Source: Lama guanicoe (lineage: Eukaryota). From it: a stretch of 64,000 bases of DNA. Location: assembly GCA_013239625.1 (NCBI GenBank), contig MU053588.1, positions 2,366,508 through 2,430,507 of the forward strand. Direction: 5' to 3'. Shown here piece by piece: positions 23,330 through 35,500 of this stretch; position 1 is the first letter of the stretch, and every line of letters starts with the position of its first letter. The notes below the pieces were generated by a model. It was not told the DNA's origin. It did not search any database and saw nothing but the letters and a program-made list of their open reading frames with translations. Made by a program: the position numbers and the translations under genes.

Positions 23330-23572
23330 CCAGGCCCCGGCGCCCTCCGCCCAGCACCTGTCCCTTTGGCCCCTCCCCTGTCGTCTCCCGATTGGCCTCG
23401 CGGGCAGCGCCCCCTGGCGGCACCGGACTCTGATTGGCGGGAAGTTCGCAGCCCGCGACTGGGACAGTGGAGAAAATGAGTCGGCCTCCGGCGGGGGCGG
23501 AAGGCGGGGCCGCTCCGAGCCGGACCCGCTGGACAGACGGGCCGCCTGGAGCACTACTCCACGCCGGACACG
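23330..23572 (+). promoter_or_regulatory. LTBP4: LTBP4 long-isoform CpG-island promoter
   Basis: Inverted CCAAT (ATTGG) at 23391 and 23433, E2F-like TTGGCGGGAA, GC boxes, CTCF-like motif at 23404-23421, directly upstream of ATG 23573. Confidence 0.7.
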
Positions 23573-26500
23573 ATGCGGCTGCCTGGCCCCAGCGGCCGCC
23601 GCCCCCTCCTGCTGGTGCTGCTGCTACCGCTTCTTGCAGCGGCCGCCACAGCCGCCTCCGCCGCGGGCCTCAGCCCCAGCCAGGCCGTCGAGGTTGCGGT
23701 GATCCCGGGCCGCCCGGCTGGGTAAGCCCTGCTGCGGCCCCCTCATCCTTGTGCCCCCTCCACCCAATAAGTCTGGCGGTCCTGAAAGACCAGGACTTTC
23801 GGATTTAGGGGGATATGAGCCCACTGCCTCTGGATAGGAATGAAGACCAGAGCTCCTGGATTTATTAGGGCCCTCCCTCTATTTTGTAGGGGTTAGAATC
23901 CGAGGTGTACTGAGATTTTGAGGGGAAGGATTCTCCTCCTGTGTGGTAGAGACGGATATGGTTCCAGGGAATTCTAGAGTTTATTCGGAGAAGGGCCCCA
24001 GTTTATATGGGGATGGGGCTTTGAGCTCTCCTAAAATGATAGATGGGCGGGGCCGAGCTGGGATGGGGTTCCCCAAGCTTCTTGGGTGCTTAAGGAGGAA
24101 GAGTATGGGAGGTTATCACGGGACTTTATGGGGGAGTTGAGACGTCTTGGTTTTCTAGGGTTTGGGAACGCCTGAAATAATTAAAGGGACCTTTTCCTAA
24201 TAAGTTAGGAAAACGTGGACTTTTGGGTTGTTGGTGGAGGGGCTGTGGAAAACTGTGCGGAGGTGGGGCCTCCAGGTTTCATGAAGGTTGGGGATGCTCT
24301 AGTTTCCTAGAATTAGAGGATTCCAGGCTTGAATGAGGTACCAGTGATTTTGCGGCAAGAAATCCAGAATTTCCTATAGATTTGGGGTTATAGCCACCCT
24401 TCCTGTCCACGGGTGACGAGATCGAAGGAAATAGTCTGCCCAGTACCCCCAACCCCCGCCCTGCGGCCAGAGCTCCGTTACAAAGGCCCCGGGCTCCGCT
24501 CCCGCCTCGGTCTCTGCGAATGCGTTTAGTAACCCGAGCCGCGCCGGGGGCGGGGCTGGGAAGGGGTTAACCCGGAGAAAAGGCGGGAGGGATGACGACA
24601 GGATCAGGGGTCCCGGAGGCTCCCACCCGAGCAGCCACCTCCCCTACTGGGCCCCACCCGTCTGAAAAGAGTCCATACGCCCAGAGTCCCCTTCACAGCA
24701 TCCCCCCACTGCCCCTCTCTCCAGGCCTGCGCGCACTCCCTCGTCCCTCGTCCCCCTTAGCATGGGGACAATGGATTTGTCTGGGGGGCCCCTTGGTTGC
24801 GACGCACTTGCGCCCGAGCTGAGGGCTTCTCCAGCAAGAATCTGAGACCCTCCGGGCGCGGAGATTTCTCCAAGAACGACTCCTTCCTCCTGGTCAGGCG
24901 GAAAACTGAGGTTCAAAGACCAGGAGACGCTGGCTCCAGGACACACAGCGAGGAAGGGCAGGAACTGGCTAGAACTCTGGCCTCGGGATTCTCAGTCCTG
25001 GGCTGTGGCTCCTGTATCCCCCTCCACCTCAGCACCCCGCTGGACCCACAGTCAAAAGAGGACCTCCCTCCCCAGCCGTTGAGGCCTGTGGAAGTGGCGT
25101 CACCTGCCGGCCAATCTCGGGATGACGGCTGAGTCCAGGACAGGGACGTGCGGGGAGGGCGGGGTTCTAGATTCCCAGTTCGGGCTTGGAAATGCGGTTC
25201 GAAATCCTTTGAGTCTTTTTGAAAAATCATTTTTAAAGACTTTAAAATGTCGTTTCCAATAATACCTTACCCCAAACAATTCAAAAGTAAAATAGAACTG
25301 AGGTTTTTGTGACCTTAATCCCTGCAGAGTCTAAACCAGTCTGCTTCCCATTGTACAGATGGGGAAGCCGAGGCATCCAGCGCAGTGCCTCAGATTGGTC
25401 ACATCTCAATTTTGAGCACCCTCAAGCCTTACCTTGGCTTTCCCTTCCCTATCCCTCATTTCCCTCCTTTGGGGAGTTCTACAGTGCTAGGGGCCTGAGT
25501 GACTTCCTCTCCTCTATTTATAGTGTTGCTGCTTGTCGCTGCTGCCCAGGCCGGTTGCCCAGGAGGAGCCGCTGCTTCAGAGGTGGGTTCCTGTAGGTGG
25601 GGTATAGGTGTGGGGGTGGGGGGAGGTGGTAGGAGCAGAGGAGCTGAGGGCTCCCTTCCCCACCCCCTTATTTCAGCTGGAGAGCTGAATGCACTTGGTG
25701 GAAAGAGGGACTCAGTCACCTCCTTCTCCACTTAGTCCCTGGCTGTCTCTGAAGCCTCCTGCAGGGTCCTGAGCTGCCAGCCCAAAAAGTGTGCAGGCCT
25801 TCAGCGGTGCCTGACTCCAGTGTCCCCAGAGCTGCCCAGCCCCAGCCCTAGCGTGAAGAAGAGACAGGTGTCCCTTAACTGGCAGCCACTGACGTGAGTG
25901 TGTAACCCTCCCCAATAGCTCCCAACTCCTCCACCATTTCCAGCACATCTTTCTCTCCCCTCCTTTGCTCTCTCTCTATCAACTTGTATCTGTTTCTATT
26001 TCTCCTTTTCCTGCCTATCACTGTCTCTGGGTCTTTCAGTTTCTGTCTCTCTGTCTCTATCTCCATGTCCCCTTCTCTGTATTTGTTCTTTCCATCTGTC
26101 TCTGTTCCTCTTCGTACTTACCTGTCTCATTTCCTCTGTGTCTCTCTTCTCTCTCTCTCTCCTTTCTTCATCTCTGTTTCTCCCACCATCTTTTTCTCTG
26201 TTTCTTTTAAGCTTCTACGGAGCGCTCAAGGCCTGGTCCCGGTAAGGAGATGGAGGTGGGAGGGACAGAGCCTCCACTAGGAGACCTCCTGGTGTGGGAG
26301 GCCCCTTCCAGCCGAGGGTGAGCCAGCCTAACCGCGGTGACAGCTCCTCCTCTGCACCCCTCCAACCCAGGCTGCAGGAGGCCCGAGCTCTGCTGAGGCG
26401 ACGGCGGCCCCGCGGGCCGGGGGCCCGGGCACTGCTGAGGAGGAGGCCCCCGCAGCGCGCCCCCGCCGCCCAGGCCCGGGGTAAGAACATCCGCCCTTCC

Positions 26501-29500
26501 TCCTTGGGGAGGGGGGGGGGAGGATTCCGGGTCAGATAAAGCTGTCTGGTTCCCACGGTCCAGCCGCCGCCTAGCCGCCCCCCATTGTAGCTCGGCACCC
26601 CTCCCCAGGTCGCAGCCCCCTCTAGGGACCCTGGCGTCCGGCCGCGCGAGGTGAACCCGGGACAGGACCAGACGCCGGCCAGAGGCGCTGACCCGAGGGG
26701 GTGGGGCCGGGAAGCCAAGTGTCCGGGCTCCCGGCAGCCGAAGAGGGGGGCGCTGTCCCAGCAGAGAGTGCAGCCGAACTAGCCCAGACAACAAAAGCGA
26801 TTGTACGGGTTGGCGCCTGCCCGGTCACCGAATGCCCAAAATTGAGGGGGGTGGCTAGGGGCCAAGGGCCTCCCACTGCGTTCCCCACCCTCCTTCTGCC
26901 CTCCTCTGGCTTCAGCGCTCGGCTCCTGGGCTAGCACACCCCCTAGTCTCAGCCACCCTCGAAAGTCCCCCTCTTGCTGTGGCCTTCAGCCCAGATGTGT
27001 CCCCTCCTCCCTAAAGTCTTCCAGATGTGGGCCTCCGGCCAGACGTGAGGACCCCCGCCCACAATCTCAATCCACCGTTTCCCCTAATCCATTCCGACTT
27101 ATACCAGGTGTGAGGGTCTTGGTCAGATGTGACTGCATCCTCAGATGTGCCCCTCCAGCGTCCTGCCCACCATCCAGACCCCCAATTCCTGCATGTGCCC
27201 TGGTACACCGACCCTTCTCCTCTCCCCTAGATGTGCCACCTGGCTGCCCAGATGTGCCATGACAGCCCCGTACCCACATGAAGCCCCTTTCTCTGTGCCT
27301 AACGCGGAGACAGCCTTTAGCCTTCTCCCCAAATGTGGCCCCCACTACTCTTTCCTTTTTATGGATTCAGCCCTGTCGGGGGGGGGGGAATCGGCCCGCC
27401 CCCACCTGTTGCCTTCCCCGCCACTCCCCTGCGGGCCCCATTCACTTGTTGGTGTGAGGCGGGGGCAGAGGGGGCGCTCCCCTTCCCCCTGCGAGTCTAG
27501 CGCCCAGCCTGCGCGCCTCTGGCTGCGGGCCCAGCCCCACGCGCCCCCGCGCGGCCGCCGGGGAGGGAGTGGTGGGGAGGGGGGGCCTGAGCGGGGGCCC
27601 CGCCGCCCTCCCCCGCGGGCGGGCGGGCGCGGCCGGGCCCCTCGGGCGGGCTGGGGCGGCGACGCGGCGGAGCGCGGCGCTGCAGCCATGGCGGGCGGCG
27701 CGCGGCTGCTCTGGGTGTCGCTATTGGTGCTGCTGGCGCTGCTCCGGCCGCAGCCCGGGCTGTGCCGGCCCCGAGAGCGCCTCCGCGTGCGCTTCACCCC
27801 GGCCGTGTGCGGCCTGAGCTGCGTCCATGGGCCCACCGGCCCCCGCTGTACCCCGACCTGCGCGCTCCGCAACGCCACCAGCGTGGACAGCGGCGCGCCC
27901 GGCGGGGCGGCCCCGGGGGGACCCGGCTTCCGCGCCTGTGAGTGCGGGGTGGTGGTCCCGAGGGAGGGGTTCCCAGGGGGAGGAGGATCCTTGGGATGGG
28001 GGAGTCAGTCCGCTAGGGGGAGGGAGCCCAGATTCCGTGTGCAGTAGGGCTGGGGAATCCCTAGCCTATTTAAGGAAGAGAGCCTCAAATTCCTGGCTTT
28101 TGGGGTTGGGTCCTGAGGGTCTTGATTTCGCAAGCAATAAGGGTTCCCAGGGACCTGTGGCGTCCCATGCGAGGGGATTGGGGCCGAATTTCACGCCTTT
28201 GAGTCAAATTGGGGAATACCAGAATTGAGGGGTTTGGGAGCTTGAGGGAAAGGGGTCCCAATTCTGAGACTGAGTCAGGGGTCCCCAGAATCCAAGGGGG
28301 AGTTCCAGGGCTATGAAGGGTGTCCCAATTTCTGCATCTTTGGATGGGAGGGATTAGGCAAGTCCAGGATGGGAGTGCCTGGAAAGAGGGAGATTGGGGT
28401 GAGGAAAGTTGGTCCGGAGAGCTGAGAGGGAAAGAGTCTATAGAAGCAGGGCTCTGCAGGACCCTGAGTTGCAAGGGTCGCACGTGGAAGAGCAATCCAG
28501 ATAGGAAGCCTAGGAGGAAATGCGCCCCCTGGGGGCGGAGGGGACAGAAGGAGGTTGTGTACCAGGCTCCCCTAGAGACGGGGAGCCCCTGGGAGGGGTT
28601 CAGGTGAGGTGGGGGGTTGGTAGGACACCTGTTGGCCGCAGGGTGTGGTGATGAGTGGGCTCTCAGGGTCCGGCCCTACCTGCCTCCAGCCCCGGAGGCC
28701 CTCTGGAGTGGGGAGTAGGGGCCCCTGGCGCTGAGAACTCGCCCAGCCTGGCCTCCAGCCAACCCAGCCCTGGCCGGCGTGAGCTCATCTCCCGCCTGAG
28801 CCCCCGCCCACTGCCACTCCCTCTCTCCTCCCCTTCCTCCCTCCTTCCTCCACTCCCTCCCGGCCCAACCCCAACTTGCCCGTGCCAGGCGCCGTGCCCA
28901 GGAGGGTGCCAAGCCCCTGGAGGCACAAGGAGGGGCCTCCGGAGGGGGACTGACCTCGGGAGGACCTCGATGTCCTCAGCTCCTCATTCTTCTAGGGGTG
29001 TGGGGCATGGAGATGCCTGTGCCCATCTAGCAGCCCGCCCTGGGTGTGGGAGCCCTCAGGGAGCTGGGTGGTGGGTGGGGGGCCTACATTCAGGCCAAGA
29101 AAAGATAGAGAAATTTCTTTGGAGATTAGGAAATGCCCCCAGAACTAGCTGGATTACCACCACTCCTAGCAGAGACCCTATTTTGGAATTTGATTCCTAG
29201 TTCAGCCTCTCCTTAGACCTGCCACTCAATTAAGGACCCTTATTAGAGCACCCTGGAACCCTGGCCTGACTCTCCTCACCAGCAAAGCCCAGTGTCTCTA
29301 CCCTCAGGCCCTAAACCCCTCCGCACCTCTATCAGCAGACTCCGGACCGACCCCTCCAGTGAAATTCGCTCCCATTCTTCTGATATAATCTCCCCAAACT
29401 GTGCCCCTCACCAGATAACTCTGTAGTGTTGTCCCTTAGCTACCCCTCCTTGCTTCCAGGGGAAACCCCAGATTACAAGCTCTATAATAAGCAGAGTGAT

Positions 29501-32500
29501 ATCTCTGCTCCCTAGCCAAATTCTCTTCCCACAAAAGGCTTCCATTTTCCTATATTTCCAAGTGGATCCCATCAGAGATCCCTGATTTCTGTCTAGCCAA
29601 GTCGTTCTCTTCCAGCTCACTCCCTCCCCAGGAACTTCTGATGCATCCATCTTCAGAGAAAACCAAAGTTGGTCTTGATCAGCTGTTTCTCCCAAGAGGA
29701 GTCCAGATACTGTTCTCCCCACAAGCAGCCATTAATCAAATGACTTGGGTACCTAATCTCTTAGCTGGGAGGGGAAAGGTAATTCCAAGTATCTTAGAGC
29801 CTTCCCAGACAATTGAGGCTCTCATGTGCTGGGGACTCCCAAGAATTTCACTTTCCATCTAAACCTCAGCACCCTCAAACTGGCCATTCCCTAGAAGACA
29901 ATAGAGTCCTGTTTTTTAGGTAACTCTCCCTAAAAAGACTTGGATTTCTTCTGCTGAAGGATGCTCAGTTTCCTCCGGGATAGCTCCTTTTCTGTTCCAG
30001 AAAACTTGAGCGGTCTCTGAACCCCAGAGTGCTGCCTTCTAACTCCTCCCAGGAGTCCAGTCTCTTTACCCTTCTAAATTGAGGAGGGTCCCTCTATGCT
30101 TTCCTCTCTCTGCAGTGTGTGGCTCAAAATCCCACACACGCCTTCCTGGACGGCCCCGGACGCCTGCCCCCTTCCTCCCCTCTGCACAGCTGTCTCCAGC
30201 TGTTCTCGGCAGCCCTGGGGGAGAAAGGGAGGGGGTGTCCTTGCAGGATACGTCCAGCCTTCTTTGGCTCAGCGGGTCCAGTGCTCCCCAAGGGTCCGGA
30301 ATGCGGAGCCGCCGCCCTGCCCCCGCCGCACCCCTCTCTTTGTTTACACCGCCGCACAGCTGGCAGTGCCCCGCCCAAAGGTGGCCTGGGGCCCAGCGAG
30401 GGCGCGCAGAGGGGAAAGCAGGCGCGTTCCCGCTGGCCCTGCCCCGGGGCTACCGGAGGCGGGAAGACAGAGCTAGAACTGGGCGGAGACAAAGAGCGGT
30501 GGGTCGGTCTAGGAGCCCAGATCGCCAGGAGGTGGGGTGAGAGGAACGTGAGCCAGGGCAAATCAACATGAGGAAAGGAAGGTGGGTGGGGCTAAAGGCA
30601 GCAGGTTAGACGTCTTGATAGGAGAGGTTTACAATCCTGCGGGTAGCAGAAGGTGATGTGGGCGGGGTGCATAGATGGGGCGGGGGACACATAGCCTATG
30701 AGCGGAGCTTGAACGTCGTGGACCTGGCCAAACAGGGTGTGGGCGTTCCTAGAACGGCAAGGAGACAGAGTTAGTTGCTAGAGGGGAATGGAGCCAGGGA
30801 ATGGCTAAAATGTGGTTTTAGTCAATAGAAGTGACAAGCGCTGGGACTGAAGGGCTGGAACAGTAAAGATGGGTGGGGCTAGATGTGAAGGCACGAGCTA
30901 GAGTGGGCGGGGCTGAGCCCTTGGGTGGGGACAGCGCTGTCTGGGCAGGCCTGGACTCAGCCAGAAAGTGGGACTTGAGAGGGAGGGCGGGGTGAGAGGA
31001 AAGTGAATCAAGAGCTGGAGGGCGTGGCGAGCGGATCCAGTGGGAGGAACTTTACCGTCGAGGGGTGTATGACTGGACTCAGGCAATGCAAGTGGCCAGG
31101 ATTACTGGGGAGGTGACAGCTCATGGCGGAACTACTTAGAACTGACTGATGTCTTTAGGGTGTAGTTATAATGTTAGGGACTGAGCTAGCTTGAGTACAC
31201 TGACCCTAGGAGTGCTGCCCAGAGGGTTGCCTGCCCTGAGTGTCCTCACTCTCCCCCTAGTCCTGTGTCCCTTGATCTGTCACAACGGAGGTGTGTGCGT
31301 GAAGCCTGACCGCTGCCTCTGTCCCCCGGACTTCGCTGGCAAGTTCTGCCAATTACACTCAACCGGCGCCCGGCCCCCGGCCCCTGCTATGCCAGGCTTC
31401 ACCCGCTCTGTGTACACCATGCCACTGGCCAACCACCGCGACGATGAGCATGGTGAGGAGAGTACAGCCTGAGTCCCCTCCGACTCCTCTGTCCACCACC
31501 TCAGCGTTCCTCTGATGCACATCTGTCCTGCCTTCCCCGGAGTACCTTTCTCCATCTTGCCCTTTTCCCCATTCCTAGTCCCAGTCCCTAAGAATCTGTG
31601 CAGACACCACTTTGCTCCTCCGTGCCTCTCTCCAGGCGTGGCGTCTATGGTGAGCGTCCACGTGGAGCACCCCCAGGAGGCGTCCGTGGTGGTGCACCAG
31701 GTGGAGCGTGTGTCTGGCCCCTGGGAAGAGGCGGACGCTGAGGCAGTGGCGCGGGCAGAGGCGGCGGCGCGGGCAGAGGCGGCAGCGCCCTACACGGTGC
31801 TGGCACAGAGTGCGCCGCGCGAGGACAGCTACTCAGATGCCTCAGGCTTCGGTTACTGCTTTCGGGAGCTGCGCGGAGGCGAAGTGAGAGGAGGCTGGTG
31901 GGGAGGGGCCCGGAGCGTGCCACCGCGCGGGGGCGCGCTCACCCTACACTTCCCCACAGTGTGCGTCCCCGCTGCCCGGGCTCCGGACGCAGGAGGTCTG
32001 CTGCAGAGGGGACGGCTTGGCCTGGGGCGTTCACGACTGTCAGTTGTGCTCGGAGCACCTGGGTAAGCTTCAGGACGTCCCCGAGGTGCTTGGAGCTGGG
32101 GAGGTGTGAGAACCTCACCGCTCCTGGTACTCTGACCATAGATATGTCCTGTACACAAATTCTAGCTACTCCTACCCCGTCGTGGGGATCTTTTCCAGTT
32201 TAGGCCTATCCATACTGTCTGGGACCACTCACCTGACTTTCTGACTTCTGACCTGTTCTCACCCCACCTTTGTGCCATAGCGCCACTCATGCAGATCACC
32301 AACATAAGGCTCACCTAGCACTCAAACCACACCAAACATCTTTTAGTTCCTTCCATTCCATTTTCGTCCCCACTCACTCCATTCTCTCTTCGCCTGCCCC
32401 TCTCCTCTGTCCACAGGTAACTCTGACCAAGTTGGAGCCCCAGATGGACCGTGTCCAACTGGCTTTGAAAGGGTTAATGGGTCCTGCGAAGGTGAGCCAG

Positions 32501-35500
32501 GGCAGGGGTGGGAGGAGCTTGGCTCGAGGGATGGGGCTGGCGAGGAGCTTGCCCCTGACCCCACTGGGATCACCCTGTACCTCGTAGATGTGGATGAGTG
32601 CGCGACTGGTGGGCGCTGCCAGCACGGCGAGTGTGCGAACACGCATGGAGGGTACACCTGCGTGTGCCCCGACGGCTTCCTGCTCGACTCGTCCCGCAGC
32701 AGCTGCATCTGTGAGCCACCGGGGCCTGAAGCTGGGTCCCATGTCCACCTGCTTTTATGCCAGAGCATCCCTGGGTCTAATTCTCTTAGACTGCCACTTC
32801 CCCAACCTCTCAGACTCTTACACACTCTCAAACTCCCTGGACCTTCTTCAATTTCTTTAAGAACTCCCCAAACTTTTTGGATCTAGATCTCTTTAGATCC
32901 CCCAGACTTTCATCAGCTCCTCTCGGGCTCCCAAATACCCTCATCTGTCTCGACCACCACACCTTCTTCAGATCCTGAGATCCTTCCCAGATTGGCTCAT
33001 CCACCCCTCAGATTCTCCTCAGGCCCCAAACTCTTCTCAGACCTCAGACCCCTCAGCTCTCCTTTAGACTCCCAGAGCTCTCCTAAATGCCCCTCACACC
33101 CACCGAACCCTCCTTGGGACCCTTCCCCTGCCTCACAGATCCCCTAATTCCTCTACATTCCCAACCCCGCCCTGAAGAATTTTCTCCCTTTCCCCCAGCC
33201 CAACACGTGATCTCAGAGGCCAAAGGGCCCTGCTTCCGCGTACTCCGCGACGGCGGCTGCTCGCTACCCATTCTTCGCAACATCACCAAACAGATCTGCT
33301 GCTGTAGCCGCGTAGGCAAAGCCTGGGGCCGGGGTTGCCAGCTCTGCCCACCTTTCGGCTCAGGTGAGTTCCTCCTGTCAGGCCCTGCTCTAGATTTGAT
33401 GCAAACAGCCCCAATTCCAGTCTTTGCCCCTCCAACTAGGTTAGACCCTAGCCTTGACCATTCCCTCGGCCTCTGAGACAGCCTATCTTAAGACAGGACT
33501 CTGCCTGGGTCCCCACCCCACTTTGGCCACACCCACACCTAAGACACAGGAACTTGAAGTTAGGCTGTGTCCTCTGGGTGTCACCCCCAGCCTCTGCCTC
33601 CCCTAGCCCTTGAGATGTGCTGCCTCCCAACCTTTCCCCCAGGCTTTGGCCAAGTCCCCAGTTCCTGAGACACTGCCTTCATCCTAGGCTCCACCTTGAG
33701 CCCCGCCCCAGATATGCCCCTCCCAGAGACACCTCCCTGGCAATCTTCTGCATAAAGCCAAACCCCACAATGGACCTTACTGTTTCCTGGCCTTCAACCT
33801 TGTCCCTGTAGACACCAAACCACCTGCTGTAAACTACTGTCCCTGCCATCATCCCAAAGAGAAAAACATCATTGGTCCTACCCTTAGCCTCTGAGACATC
33901 CATTCTTTGGCCAGGGTACCACCCCATCTCAGCAGCCAACCCAAACTCCTGACACACTCCCAGGCCAAGCTCTATCCTCAGTCAGGGCCAGACACTATAC
34001 TCCCTTCCTTTCTCCCTCCCCACCTCCTTCTCATCCCCTCCTGCTCTCTTGACCTCTCTCTGCTGATCTTCCTCCCTTTCCTGTTCCCAGAGGGATTTCG
34101 GGAGATCTGTCCAGCTGGCCCTGGCTACCACTATTCAGCCTCCGATCTCCGCTACAACACCAGACCCCTGGGCCAGGAGCCACCCCGAGTGTCCCTCAGC
34201 CAGCACCGTGTCCCATCCTCCACCTCTCGGCCACCCACAGGTGAGCTGGCTTCTGGAGGAGGGAGTGTCATCTCCAAGGGGCTGCCCCAGCCCTATAGAG
34301 AAAAGGGGAGATGAGTGAGGACACCCAAATACAGGTCTCCACTGCTGATATCCCTTCTTTACCAGGCTTTCTGCCCACTCATCGTCCAGAACCCCGGCCA
34401 GAGCCCCGGCCAGAGCCCCGGCCAGGCCCTGAGCTTCCCTTGCCCAGCATCCCTGCCTGGACTGGTCCTGATATCCCAGAATCAGGTGTGGTAGAGGGGA
34501 TCAAGGGCGTTAATGGGGGTATTACAGGCAGGAGTTGGGGGTGGGAAGCTCCAAAGTGAAGATTGCAGAGTAGAACAAATAGGGATGTGACAGACAGAGG
34601 AGTTATGGAGTGGGTGAGAAAAGAAAGATTTGAAGGATGGGGTGCTGTTACATCAGGAGCTGGAGTCAGACTGGTCTGGATGCAAGTTCTCTATCAATTA
34701 GGCATATCATTTTAACCTCTCTGAGCCTCAGTTTCCTCATCTATAAAATGCGGAGTTGTCTCTGAAGTACGTGGCACATAGTAAGTGCTCAGTTAATGTT
34801 AAACAAATAATTAGTTTTCACAACACTAAGAACATATCTCAGGCAGAGGACTGGAGCAAAATACTCAAAAATGGAGACTTTGGGGCTGGATTAGGTAGAG
34901 GATCTGATGAGAATGTCCCATGATGAAGGACAGGGGTGTCAGAGGGGGAAGACTGGATTTGAGGAGAGACATCCATGAGGGTGTTTTAGGCGGAGGATCT
35001 GAGGGGATTGTGCTGGGATGAAAGGGACAGAGGATTTATAGATGGGGGAACTCTGGCTAACTCGATCCCCACAGGTTCTTCTGCGGGAGAGTGTCAGCGC
35101 AATCCCCAGATCTGCGGCCCTGGACGCTGCATCCCCCGGCCCAGTGGCTACACCTGCTTATGCGACTCCGGTTTCCGGCTCAGCCCGCAGGGCAGACACT
35201 GCCTGAGTGAGCCAGGTGGAGGGGGGGGGGNNNNNNNNNNNNNNNNNNNNNNNNNNNNNNNNNNNNNNNNNNNNNNNNNNNNNNNNNNNNNNNNNNNNNN
35301 NNNNNNNNNNNNNNNNNNNNNNNNNNNNNNNNNNNNNNNNNNNNNNNNNNNNNNNNNNNNNNNNNNNNNNNNNNNNNNNNNNNNNNNNNNNNNNNNNNNN
35401 NNNNNNNNNNNNNNNNNNNNNNNNNNNNNNNNNNNNNNNNNNNNNNNNNNNNNNNNNNNNNNNNNNNNNNNNNNNNNNNNNNNNNNNNNNNNNNNNNNNN

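Noticed and set aside
27145..27687. Upstream in-frame extension of LTBP4S
   Set aside because: It would bury the signal peptide. ATG 27688 has the strong Kozak context, and the open frame is explained by GC richness.
32411..32422. CAG|GTAAC resembling a recursive splice site
   Set aside because: It is simply the acceptor of a required coding exon (G-N-S codons) in a short intron.
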